From Paecilomyces variotii (lineage: Eukaryota), in assembly GCA_004022145.1 (NCBI GenBank), contig RCNU01000004.1: DNA of 64,000 bases, one strand, 5' to 3'. Under the pieces are notes generated by a model. That model did not search any database and was not told where the DNA came from. It was given only the letters and a program-made list of their open reading frames with translations. This document shows, in pieces, positions 26,821 to 38,520 of the stretch; position 1 is the stretch's first letter, and every line of letters begins with the position of its first letter. A program made the position numbers and the translations under genes.

Positions 26821-27475
26821 TATAACAAATTAAAGAGTCAATATCAGCATTTACCGCTTTCTGCATAGCGTCCGGCCTTATCCCTGGTCAGGTCAATTAT
26901 ACACCAATTATTATCTTATCATTGACCACCGAAGGAATCCTTATCTAATGACCTATGTATCGCCATTATTCTGGTTGCCTGCAGACCCAGGCCGCGGCCG
27001 CCTTATGTCTGCCCTAAATGTATGATTGGTATCACAGCAAGTGTGGTAATAGGTAACCCCGATCTTTCCCGCCGCCACTTTCATCATCTGGAAGAAAATC
27101 AAGATCGATTCTTATAAACGATGATATTATAGATCTGTTCCAGGAAATCGCCATGCTGTAGGCAACTGAAGAGACAAGAACTTGTATAAAACATATTAGA
27201 CATCCAGCTCCGACCAACTAGGAGTTCTCCTTTTCGGTCGAAGGCAAAACCCATTTCAAATATATCCTCTCTATAGCGGGAGGAAAGGTCCGCATTGAAC
27301 TAGGCAACCGCTAGTTGCCTAGTTGCGATAGACCTTCTCTTGAAGCGCTCTCTCCGGTAGGCTTAGAAAGCCCCACGTTTCCGAACTAAGACTAACTACT
27401 TGATTAACATAGGGTCCTGATCCTCATCCAATAAAAAAAAAGACCTGCACATTGTTATGTGTGTAACATACATTA

Positions 27476-27913
27476 ACGTATTTCCCAGCCGACCTGGCCA
27501 CCTGGGCGACCTGGCCAGTGCTGTATCACATACAAAATAGCCATTTTTTAAACCTGGATATCTCAACAAGCACAGATCTAACACATATGATATTTAAGAA
27601 ATAGCTTTTTAGAATCGTCCTTATATATATAGTAAAATTTCAGACTCTAAAAACTATTTTTTTCGCGATGTAATATAAATAGGTAGTGTAATTTTGGTAT
27701 TTATATTATTTAGAAGATACCTAGAGAATAAATAAGTTTAAATAATTAAAATTCAGCCTGTATATTTTAAATATCATAAACTTTATATATACCCTCGTTG
27801 ATAATCTTTAGATACGTGGTTGTTAAGATATCCAGGTTTAAAAAATGGCTATTTTGTATGTGATACGGCACTGGCCAGGTCGCCCGGGTGGCCAGGTCGT
27901 CTGGGAAATACGT
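27476..27913. mobile_element. MITE-2: 438-bp non-autonomous pogo/Fot1 element, sibling family of MITE-1
   Basis: TIRs of about 95-105 bp starting ACGTATTTCCCAG. TA at 27474-75 and 27914-15. Core is colinear and homologous with MITE-1. Confidence 0.93.
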
Positions 27914-29030
27914 TAGTTCGCATGGATTATTGCATGGATTGAATCAGGGTGAAACTGGTATCACCCGCATTATTACGATCTGGGCCGCATCAGGTCCCCG
28001 CAGGTCGCCGAACAGGCGACCCTGTTGACAGCTGTATATAGCTCATATAATCGGTTGAATCTCTTTATCTTTTCAAGGCATATAATACTGAATGCGGCCA
28101 AGCGCATCCGATTTTCAGCCGATAGGTAGTCTTGCTACATAACTACAGACAGGTGTCATTATTGAGTTGGCCGGGCGTAATCGATTCACTTATCTGATTG
28201 CGCCATTGTTAATGATCAGTGACGGAAGAAGGCAGAGGTTCTGCTCATTAAATGCTCATATCCATGTTGAGATCAATGGCTAATAGAAAGACTTGGTGTT
28301 TTCAGAGTTTTTACTCTGCCGCCACCCATCCAATTGCCGCGTCGATGTAATTCCGCGTGTTGGTAGATAATAGGATAATAGAGAAAGCCAATGGCGAATC
28401 TGTAACAGGCAAACATGGACGGGAGAAGATAAAAATAGAAGGCTAGCTATGAAACCTAGATTATCCTTCCATAACTCATCATGTAGTGAAGCACCCCCTC
28501 TTTTAAAAGAAATGCGCCCCGAGCGCAGACTACGGGCTATAAGAGGCATTGTTAGTCTTGATAAAACAGGAAGGTGATTAAGATCCATCATTATATTGAA
28601 GCCTATAGTTCTATGATCATCATTCCAGCCTTCCCTCGTCCCTCAAGTAAGGGGCGTCCGATAGGTAGATGCCTTTACCAAGGCTATCAGGCTACAATTT
28701 ATCAGCTGTTGGATCGATATCCCTTACTTCCTGTGTTTTCAGCTGTACTTTGAAGCAATTTGCCTCCCTTCCTCATCTCAGACGTCAGTTGGTGACGAAG
28801 TATGATACGTCTGTATGTTCAGATACTTGTATCGTATTTCATTTCGTTTTTTCCAATTTCTGATCAAGGCAAGGCAGGTCAAGCAAGCATAGGGCGTAGT
28901 CACAATAAAATACGTTACAATGAGTTAGAGAGCCTGACTGGTTTGTGGTCCGAAAGTTGAGTAAAGGTGTGGAAGATATTTCTGGGAGCACAAATCACGT
29001 CATAAGCTGACCTTCCTCAGGACTTGGAAG

Positions 29031-29079
29031 CTTCTATGCTTCTAGAAAACTTCTATGCTTCTAGAAAACTTCTAGAAAA
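29031..29079 (+). repeat. Short tandem repeat, 19-bp unit CTTCTATGCTTCTAGAAAA x2 plus a partial copy
   Basis: cttctatgcttctagaaaa cttctatgcttctagaaaa cttctagaaaa. Confidence 0.8.
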
Positions 29080-32000
29080 TCATTCACCATCTAGGCAGCA
29101 GCTGGAAAAGCGAAGAAAAGAAACTCCATAATGTACATTCGACAAGCAGTACCAAGTTTAAGGTATGTCATAGAGCGCGTGCAACAGTCATGACAAGTAC
29201 GAGGTATATACTCCCAGAGAAAGTCCACAGCTGCATTAAATACATATCTAGAAAAAAAGAACAAAGAAAGAGATAAACTGACGTTCAGCCAGTCAGATGC
29301 GGCCCTACTCCGTACTTTTGGCCGCGGCTAGACTCGGCTAAAGTACCTGCATATAGTACCATGCGTGATACAGGGGCACGCAGATCCGGGGTATTTAGAT
29401 AGTGGAGGTAAAAAGCCATCTTTTTGTCTGACGTCAACCAAAATGAGGACATTTACAAGATTCAAAAGCTATTACTCAACCCTATACAGCTCATGGTACA
29501 GTTTTACCATCCGTCGGAGTCCGTGTCCTCAAGCTCATGTAACCTAATGATCATAGTATCAGTCTGCTGTAGCCTAATTGTCACTGTATCGTTCTGCAAG
29601 GAACAGTGGTGTCGTACGAGTGCATTGGAACATTTTATTGCCCTGATATGGCTAGCTAACTTCACTTGGATCAGATCTGTGATCCCGCTGCTTATCCGAT
29701 ATCAGTGTCGTACAAGGCTACAGTAGTGGGTTAGTACTTATTCCCCTATGAGTGCACACCGCTTTGTGTTGGCTGAGCAACGAAGCTAAGTCACAAAGAA
29801 CTGCGTTCAATGCTCTTGACATCGAAAGCTCCATTCCATCTTATAACGCTCTTTGTAAGTAAGTCAATGGCGGTATTCCTCGGGGAAACTTCTTGGGCCT
29901 CATCGAGGTATGTTGTTGATGATGGGCTTGCTGAGGAAGATCGTTCGACTCTTCGGAAGGGACAATATAGTTAATGTCGGAGTCTACCTACAGGCAGACC
30001 TCTTGTCGGGTTTCTCCCACGCCTTCTAGCTCCACCAACAGAGCTAAATACGCTGAGCTAGTTGCTAAAGAATTTCAAGCTCAGCGAGCTTCGCTTCAGA
30101 TATAATCCAACAATAATCAGTATAGGAAACTCTGTATCCCTAGTTAGTTATGTTCGTGTACTTAGATACTCGGATCACTATAACTAAAGACAGACGCATG
30201 TTTTCAGGAGAGCTCTCCTCTCTCAAGCTGCTTCCCCGGGACATGCATCCCCAGCCCACTGGATCTGAGGGCATTCTAAGCCAAACGTACTTGATTTCTC
30301 ATTGCCGCATGATAAGTCGCTCTGATATTATCGAGAAGTTGGATAGTCTATGGCGATCAAATTATATGCCGATAATCCATAACGGCGTAAAAGAATATCT
30401 TGACCCATGTCAGGTGCACCTAGCTAAATACTGCATTAGCCAATAGCATGCTCCGTAACATGCTGGTTGTGATATAAGCATCTGAGCTTATTGCAAGCAC
30501 ATGGATAGCAATGTTTCATAACTATGTACCTGATCACAATGGAAATTATCATGTTCAATTTGTTTCGGATGAAACGCGCTCTCTCAACGAAAATAGACTA
30601 GGTTTGCTACGAAGGTGTCATATAGCCCTGAACCTTGAGAGACAGACTGTATACACAGTGGATAAATGCTCAAAAATTGAATGCGATTGATGAACGGCAC
30701 CTTTTCTCTCCTGTGGCAAAGACAGCGACCTATATTCTGACGTGGTCCCAGAAGAAACAAGAATCTTGTTGCTATTGGTCAAAGAGCAACGAACTCTTTT
30801 CTCCCGCAGCTTGGGACATACAAATTCGTATATTTATGTTTAAGTATAGTATCTGAATACTCCAAGTGACCATGGCGATTGGAGAAAGAACGCTTTTGCA
30901 ATATTAATGCCCCAATTGAAATTTCCGAGACCATGGCAGAAAGGGAATGTCAAACAATTGGTGCTCAGGCGCCAATCATACGTTGTTCCCTTGACCCGAG
31001 ATCCCTGTGCCTATCTATGCCACTCCTGATCTCGGGCAAGGTTGACACGTAAGTAGTATCAGTTAGGTCTCTAAACCGGTGACATATGGTTTCACTACCG
31101 TAGGAAGTAAGAGGTTGCCTGCAAGTGACAGGGCGATTCTGGCGTGAGACAGAAAAGCCTATCCAGTCTAGAGCAGCGCCGACTGACTTCACTAGCATGC
31201 ATTTTTCGTATGCAAGTCATTATTGTTGTTGCCTATGATCGTGTTCTTTTATGAAAGTAGGTTGGCTACGGCTCCCGGAATTCTTGGCCGCAAACCGGAG
31301 CATATGAGCCGGTTGGTCCACCTCGTATTGCGTTCAACTGGTTGCCGTAGCGCAATTGCTAAGTATAATAGCTCTCTGGGACCGGTGCCTAAAGGATGGA
31401 GAGTCATTTAATAAGTAGAGAGGCTGATCTCCGGTGCCTAGGTAATAGTCAGTCTCTTTTAAGCGTCAGTTCTAACTCCCCGGGCCGGGCTCCACTTAAG
31501 CTAGCTGCAAAAGCACCAACAATAAAATAGGCGACTGCATCGGCCTTTGAGAGGCGGTAGGGTAGATAAACCCCTAATGCTTATGACAGACCGTCTGGAC
31601 AGCTGGCGGACGCGAGGCGACAGGAATAATGCGGTGAATGAGGGCCTATTGCAAGAAGAGGCGGCGGAGATAGCCAAATCCGCGTTGTCTTTGGGCGATG
31701 GTCTCGTAATATATGTCGTTGCCTCGCCGGATCGCCATTAGTTCTCAGTTATCCTTGGAAACCTTCTCGTAAGGACTGACAATCGTCTACCGATAATCAG
31801 AATGACTAGTATAGCCTGGGCGTAGAAGGAATTGGGCCGTATTCACGCGCGTATCGTACACTGCTGTGTACACCGACGCAAGCCCGACAGTACTGCTAAC
31901 CGCAAATAAGGTGGTCATCCTCGGGCTATAGGCATTGCTGTGCTTCTCGTGTCAGTAACTATACCTCTTCGCTTATATCGTGTCTTGTTCATACCGGTCT

Positions 32001-33427
32001 CGTTCCAATGGTCTCTTAAGCATCCGCGCAAGGCTGGCACTGACAATAAGATACTGAGAAGTCTTGGAAACGGATGAGTGGGACAAGTGGAATGTATATG
32101 CGCATTGATCTTGATGAAAAGCGAGGTATAAAACACAGAAAATATACATGAACGGTACAAAGGAAGCCACCGGCCGAGCGCAGTGCAAATGATTCTATAT
32201 CGTCCATTCGCCCCAGGGACTCTGATCCCAGTCAATCATGCTGGCCATCTGGAAGGACTGGTAATGCGAAGCTGGATATAGCACACGAATCTCACGGATT
32301 TATCTTATGCTGACAGGTGACAGTGTGCGATCAGAAGGACAATATCTGTACAGGAACATATAGTTAGACAACCAGGCTTACTCTAGAACAAACGGGGTGT
32401 CAAACTCGAATAGGGTTAGATGAGTGTTGCAGAAGACATCACTCAAGTGAGAACAGCCACTTTTGAGATCTGTGAACCTCTTATAAGATTGGTGAGGCTA
32501 GGGCTCTATGCAACAGCCTACTACTACCGATGGCTGCATGTGACTCTATTAGTAGAAGTGGTAGCTACGCAGGGGCCCCCACTATGGGCTGAGTAAAGAA
32601 GGAGATAGACAGTCAGTTATAGTTAATTCGAATCTGCTATGTTGGTCATGAAGCTATATGACATCCGGATAGGAGACATTATTTCCGTGCACCTGGTTCT
32701 CATATAAAGCTGGGTAATGTGCACCGGGTGGCTGGGAGTTAAAAGACGCAGTTCAGTTAGCGAGCGGGATGATTCCATACACATGGTACTGGGAATTACC
32801 CCGCCCTTCAGGATAAATGAGCTTAAAGGATTATTGAATAGTTAACCAATACTACTGCTGCTGAATAAAAAAAAGTTATTGCAGAGTTATTAGCGATACA
32901 ATACATATATTTGTAAATGGAAGTCGACTGTAAATGAAATACCCGATCGAATTTTTGCAGAAGCTTTTATTACATACCATACCTAACGGGTAATTTAAAT
33001 GTCATATCCGAACAAAGACACTCCCTTCGATAACAATTTTTCGGTCGCAATGGTCCGCCTTGTCACAAGGCAGCTAGCCATGTCTCTACCATAGATGAAG
33101 CTACTCTAAGGGCTGGCACATATAACTACGTCCTGGCGTCCCAGAATTCATTTTGAAGCATTAAGTCTGCACGTTAAGAGGAAATTCCATTCTCTTCGGT
33201 AAGTCCAAGAAGTCCAAGCCCTCTGCACTCACTTTTCGGCTCCTTCGGTTCTTCTTGTCTGTCCTGCGATTCTACAGCCCGAAGTCGGCAATGAGACCAA
33301 TATGCTTACAGCGCTTCCCCCACCTGCGTCATATACTCTTATTTGGCCATATATGTTTCCTTGCTAGCTCATTTCTGGACTTCTACCTTCTCAGTTGCGT
33401 ATTGATCAATCACTGACGCGTAATCAG

Positions 33428-36041
33428 TGGCCAGTTTGGATGATGCAGTTACACTGGAAATGAATGAATCTATCAAACGAGCGCATCGAAAACAATTCTT
33501 AAGAAATCACCACAGATTCAGCAGTCCGTTTTCTGCGGGAGCTGAGTCAAACGCTGGAAAACAACCTATCCAGTAAGATCTGTCATATGTGTGCTCTGAC
33601 CAGAGATCTCTCTGTACTTTGTTCTGACGATTAGTACAGGCGATCATTCAGTAGCTCTCTATCCAAAGATGGCCATTCTAGTGTTTCCTCGACCAGTAAC
33701 TATCATGATGGTGTCCTCAGTCCAGCGGTCCCATTAGGGCGACCGAGATCTGCATACGCCTCACCAGACGCGCCTCGTTTGCAGGATCTTGATCTGCATG
33801 GAAGGAGTAGAAATCCTGCGGAACGCTCTTTCACCGCAAAGAAAGATCACAATTCGCGATCGCCTATCTCCAAGGCTAGAGTCCGGAGCGCATACGAGCG
33901 CCGGAAGAGGACAGCTACGTCTGAAGAACGTGGAAACGTAGGAAGCCCAGTGAGGATACGAAGGACAGTCTCTACTAAGGATCAGCCACGGAAACCGCAA
34001 GAATCGGGTAAATATGACCCCTACATGCGAGCGCGCAAAAATATCTCTTTCAAGAGGAATCCAAGCAAGCCTGACGATGAAAACTGATCTAGGGATGGCT
34101 ATAAATCCTTTAGACATGGATGATACCGGGGCTGTCTTGGCGGAAAACTGGCACGATGCTGCAACAAATGCAGTTTCCGCGAAAGCGCTGGATCGCTCCG
34201 GTAACACTCAGGCTGAGCATCATAATGTGACCAATAAATCTGAGCGAAGATTGTCAAATAGCTCAGCCAGTGGTATGTTTCTCCAACCGGAAACACACCC
34301 CATCACAGAGGATCAGTTGGTCAACGAGGTCCGCGGGATATATGCTGGATTGGTAATGGTTGAAAAGAAGTGCATGGAGATCGATAAACGGCAGTCTCAA
34401 TCACGGGATGCACTTGACGATCGTCAATGGCAAGCATTGATTGCTTTGCACCGCACGCTCTTGCATGAGCATCATGATTTCTTCTTAGCTTCCCAGCATC
34501 CCTCCGCAAGTCTGGGTCTGCGAAGATTAGCCGAGAGATATGCTATGCCAGCGCGCATGTGGCGCTATGGGATTCACTCATTTTTGGAGTTACTGCGGCA
34601 CGGGCTTCCTGATTCATTGGAACATATGCTGACCTTCATTTATATGGCATATTCTATGATGACACTCCTCCTCGAAAGTGTGCCAGCCTTCCAGGATACC
34701 TGGATAGAATGCCTCGGTGATCTAGCAAGATATCGAATGGCTGTGGAAGAAGTAGACATGCGGGATCGAGAAGTCTGGTCTGGTGTGGCACGGTATTGGT
34801 ACAATAAAGCTGCTGATAAGAATCCGGACGTGGGAAGGATACAACATCACCTCGCTGTGCTGGCGCGGCCAAATATCGTCCAGCAGCTCTTTTACTACAC
34901 GAAATCACTTGTCAGCGTACAGCCATTTCCTAGTGCTAAGGAGAGTATATTGCTGCTCTTCAACCCGCTTCTGGATCGTTCGAGGCCTGTCAGCGAGCGC
35001 TATCCAGCAGCCATTGCTGCATTCGTCAGTGCTCATGCCACATTGTTTGTCAACGGCTCGATCCAGCAGTTTATCGAATTATCAGACAAGTTCCTACACT
35101 TACTTGACAATTACATAGCCCGGAGCGGGACACTTTTCCGCGAGCATGGCGTACACGTGGTGTGCTCCAATTATGCGGCTATTCTAGAGTATGGTCAGAA
35201 GGATGCCATCATTCCAATTGAGTTTTCCCCTGAAAGGACGCAGCATCTGGATCAACAGGAAGTATACCAGTCGGCCCGAGAATTCTGGAAAGCCTCAAAC
35301 CATACAATGCCACGTGAGGCTCCTACCCTTCTCCGGGAAACTGCCTCAACAAAAGCAGACAGCGCATTCTCCAGTTCAGAAGAAATTCTCGCCCATGCAT
35401 CTTATCTATCGTTTTCAACGTTAGCGGTCATTCTTCAGCGTCTAGGTGACAAGAACGTGCTTCCAAGTGTCCACGTCTCACTAGCATTTTTATGGTGTTT
35501 TGCATTGAATCCCAGGGCCATGCTTCATATCCAGCAATACGTGCCTTGGGTACGTATTGCTAGCTTCCTCAATACATTAATTCGCTCCGATATCGACATG
35601 GAAAGAGTTGAGCACGAAGAATTCCCGCATCCTGAGCCTGGAATAGCTGCACAGTTACCTGAAGACTTCCTTATCCGTGGTCAAATGTGGAGCCAACTGT
35701 ACCATCCAAAAGGCTTCTTTAGCAGCTGTACCGGTGAAGATGAGGAACGTTCAATTGAATTCCCATCGATTATCGTTCCGCGAACGCATCGGTGCTTGTG
35801 GTTAGGAATGCGCATCGCGTCGGTAAGTGCTATGGCTTATCTATTCTACGTTCTCACTAACCCATATGGCTTTCAGCTCGAGTGCTGGATTACATATAAT
35901 CGTGAAACGAGGACCTTTGCGGCGACAGCATTCGCTTTCGACCTCGAGAACACAATGAGACAACCAAATATGATTGATCGGAAATCGAAAACTTTATCAC
36001 CAGATCCGAAAGACAGAGATACGAAGATGACGGACGTGTAG
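33428..36041 (+). CDS. Fungal Est1/SMG5-7-type TPR-like DNA/RNA-binding domain protein with a long disordered N-terminus (5' end uncertain)
   Basis: PETHPITEDQLVNEVRGIYAGLVMVEKKC, LHRTLLHEHHDFFLASQHPSAS, ECLGDLARYRM, GRIQHHLAVL and LPEDFLIRG motifs. Upstream exons 33428-33572 and 33640-34007 join through canonical introns (34008-34092 restores the frame). Probable last intron near 35823-35877. Confidence 0.8.
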
Positions 36042-36486
36042 TTGCTCAATGAGTAGTCATTCATATGCCCTTGATGACTAGGACAGCTCTATCAACCATG
36101 AAAGCGTCAGATAGAGGTACTGTATGTGTATGCTCCCGATATTCTCATCGTGCCTCAAAATTGCCTAACTTCAACGCAGAACATCTAGTTTGTCACAGCT
36201 AGAACTATACGCCTCGACTATCTATGTAAGGAGTCATGGTCTGATCAATTTACCCTGTATACCTTTTGGGATGTGACAGTTAACCATCAGATCGAACTCT
36301 TCTGAAACATATCGAACAGACATAGCACTGGACTCTATCCTTTTTTTTTTGTTTCTTAACTACGCACCACTCAATATTTAAAAGCATGAAAGACGCGCAT
36401 CCAACGGATCAAGAGAAACTGTGATAAATGAATAATCGTAGTAGAGCTTAAAATGCAGATATTTATAACGTGAAACATAACGCCCC

Positions 36487-38520
36487 CTATTCATCGAGAA
36501 GAAAAGGAAGATCTGCCGAAGGACTTATTTGCTCCTTGCAATTCTGAAAGCCAGCACCAACAAAGGCTGCATCTTCCTCAAAATATAGACAATCCCGGTA
36601 TGCTTTGGTGGCTAGATCTTCTTCTATCTGCAGCCTCCATTCCAAGAATTCTTTCATGAGCCTGCTCAGGTCTTGCGATGCACGGGTCAAAAGTCGCTTT
36701 ATTGGTTGAGACCCGCGTTTGAGTTCAGCGAGCAAGACATGGACAAGGTCCGTCCTTGTCGACAAGGGACATAAGCGAGCTGCAGCATGTCTTGCAAACT
36801 CTTCTCCACCGAGAACATCGATGAATCGGGAGTTTCTGATATGGTGGACTTCTTTTAGCATGCCACTCACCGAGTAAGCGGAGGTTCTTTCTGGAAGCGC
36901 TGATAATCCTGCATCTGTGATATACTCCTCAAGTTGCGAACATGCTTCTGCTGTTTGGAGCAAGAAGTTTTCGAGGCGCATGACCTCGTCGGATTTCTGT
37001 TCGATGTTGTATTTAGGGTTGGAGAACAGGTATTCGGCTGTCAGACTAGCATACATGCTAGTCCATTGTCTGGCTGTCCGGTCGAAGCTTATGCGGTCAC
37101 TTTTGAGCTGTAGTAGAATATCCTTTTCTACAACGTGCATTGGATCTTGAGATGGCTTTTTCAAGAGCTTCCAAATTGATACAATCCATAGCAGCAAGGT
37201 CTGGTCCGCGCACCAGGGACGATTCTGTGTAATAAGATCCAAGAGGCCAGGAACTGCCTCACCCGAAGTCTTCGAAATATTGGGATGGTATATTGCTGTT
37301 TCGAATTTCCATTGCGGTGGTTCCATTGGATATGTTCTAGGAATTTTGATTCGAATATAGAATATGCCGCCCTCGTATGGAGAGTTCACTGGGCCCTCAA
37401 CCACAGCTCTCCATTCGTATATATTATCTCCGATTGGCGCCATGGTGCATCCTCGATTCACATCAAGTGGGTTTATCGAAGAAAAGTTAAGCAGAAACCT
37501 TAGCTCCAGTCTCATCCTGCGTTCTAGACCGATACTTTGACGGTATGGCCGTAGATTTGCTAAGATGGCCTCGCAGTGCTTCGTATCTTCTTTCCGGATA
37601 TGTGAGATGAGATTACCGCAACCAATCCACAGTTCCCTGGAAGTTTCGTGTCTTCCACTTGAGAGGAATGGATTTAATTCAAGAGTATCCACCAGATATG
37701 TGTCAATGTATTCGTTGGTGTAATCTGAGCTGATCAAAGAGGGGTTGACAGTTGATAAGAAACTTCCTATGCCTTCCAAACCCTCTTCGTTGTAGATAGC
37801 CATGTAAGGCGAAATCGTAGCTCCATTATCCCCATCAGTCGGCCCATCATGAAAGGGTGAACTGCCTGTCTCGTCTTCAACCGTAGAGCACCGCTGGGTG
37901 GCAGAGTGGGTATCGTTCCTTTGATATACCACCGATATAGACTCGGAGATGTATTGATCCGAACAAGAGCTTATTTCCTCGTGAATAGGCTTTCTATGTT
38001 CCAATTTATAACGCATCTTTGAGAGACTCTCGAATCTGTCGTTCAAAAGCGTCATATCATTTATCAGAGCACGGAACTTCTCTCTGTCACGTACGACCCA
38101 ACGAATCCGATGCGGAAGAGTGTTTGTCCTGCGGCCTAGACGTCCGTATGTCATAGGCAGCATGCGGCCAGTACCTTTTGACCGCTTATCACCGGATAGA
38201 TCAAGTCTGTTTAGACTATATTGTTCCATGATCGAGGCGCCATCCGCAATCAGCCGCTCCATTCTTGTGAAAATTGTCTTGACAGATGGGTCTGCCTGCA
38301 AAGCTCGTATCATTTTTGCTTCTTTCTTGGGCCGCCGATAGTTGTTGTATACTTGCACCCATTGCATAAATCTGCCACGTTCAAGTTCGAAAAGATCTTG
38401 GATGGTTTTGTAATCCTCATCTCTGTTTCCAGCGTCGGAGACATAGTTTAAGAGGTCAATGATGGTTGAAACAAATCCTGCGAGGCCGACGATACTTAAT
38501 GTGAGACCCGCAGGATCCAT
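36487..38520 (-). CDS. HeLo-domain protein fused to a ubiquitin-conjugating (UBC/E2) fold lacking the catalytic Cys; intronless, 677 aa
   Basis: The N-terminus MDPAGLTLSIVGLAGFVSTIIDLLNYV...DYKTIQDLFELERGRFMQW...RIRWVVRDREKFRALINDMTLLNDRFESL fits the HET-S HeLo pattern. E2 motifs ERRMRLEL, DNIYEWRAVVEGPVNSPYEGGIF, IPRTYPMEPP, IYHPNI and FDRTARQWTSMYA. Confidence 0.82.
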   Translation of the reverse strand: MDPAGLTLSIVGLAGFVSTIIDLLNYVSDAGNRDEDYKTIQDLFELERGRFMQWVQVYNNYRRPKKEAKMIRALQADPSVKTIFTRMERLIADGASIMEQYSLNRLDLSGDKRSKGTGRMLPMTYGRLGRRTNTLPHRIRWVVRDREKFRALINDMTLLNDRFESLSKMRYKLEHRKPIHEEISSCSDQYISESISVVYQRNDTHSATQRCSTVEDETGSSPFHDGPTDGDNGATISPYMAIYNEEGLEGIGSFLSTVNPSLISSDYTNEYIDTYLVDTLELNPFLSSGRHETSRELWIGCGNLISHIRKEDTKHCEAILANLRPYRQSIGLERRMRLELRFLLNFSSINPLDVNRGCTMAPIGDNIYEWRAVVEGPVNSPYEGGIFYIRIKIPRTYPMEPPQWKFETAIYHPNISKTSGEAVPGLLDLITQNRPWCADQTLLLWIVSIWKLLKKPSQDPMHVVEKDILLQLKSDRISFDRTARQWTSMYASLTAEYLFSNPKYNIEQKSDEVMRLENFLLQTAEACSQLEEYITDAGLSALPERTSAYSVSGMLKEVHHIRNSRFIDVLGGEEFARHAAARLCPLSTRTDLVHVLLAELKRGSQPIKRLLTRASQDLSRLMKEFLEWRLQIEEDLATKAYRDCLYFEEDAAFVGAGFQNCKEQISPSADLPFLLDE

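Noticed and set aside
27300-27322. Short palindrome CTAGGCAAC-N5-GTTGCCTAG between the MITEs
   Set aside because: A single 9-bp stem with no context to support a function.
26384-27913. Composite transposon formed by the two MITEs around the 655-bp spacer
   Set aside because: The outer TIRs of the two elements differ and each has its own TA flanks, so independent insertions are simpler.
24500-33300. Starship captain (tyrosine recombinase) or intact transposase
   Set aside because: No long ORF or recognisable recombinase/DDE motifs are visible.
34008-34092. Apparent +1 frameshift (GAA AAC TGA) between ORF 33779-34087 and the Est1-like ORF, suggestive of programmed frameshifting
   Set aside because: A canonical 85-nt intron (GTAAAT...CTGAC...CTAG) removes the stop and restores the frame.
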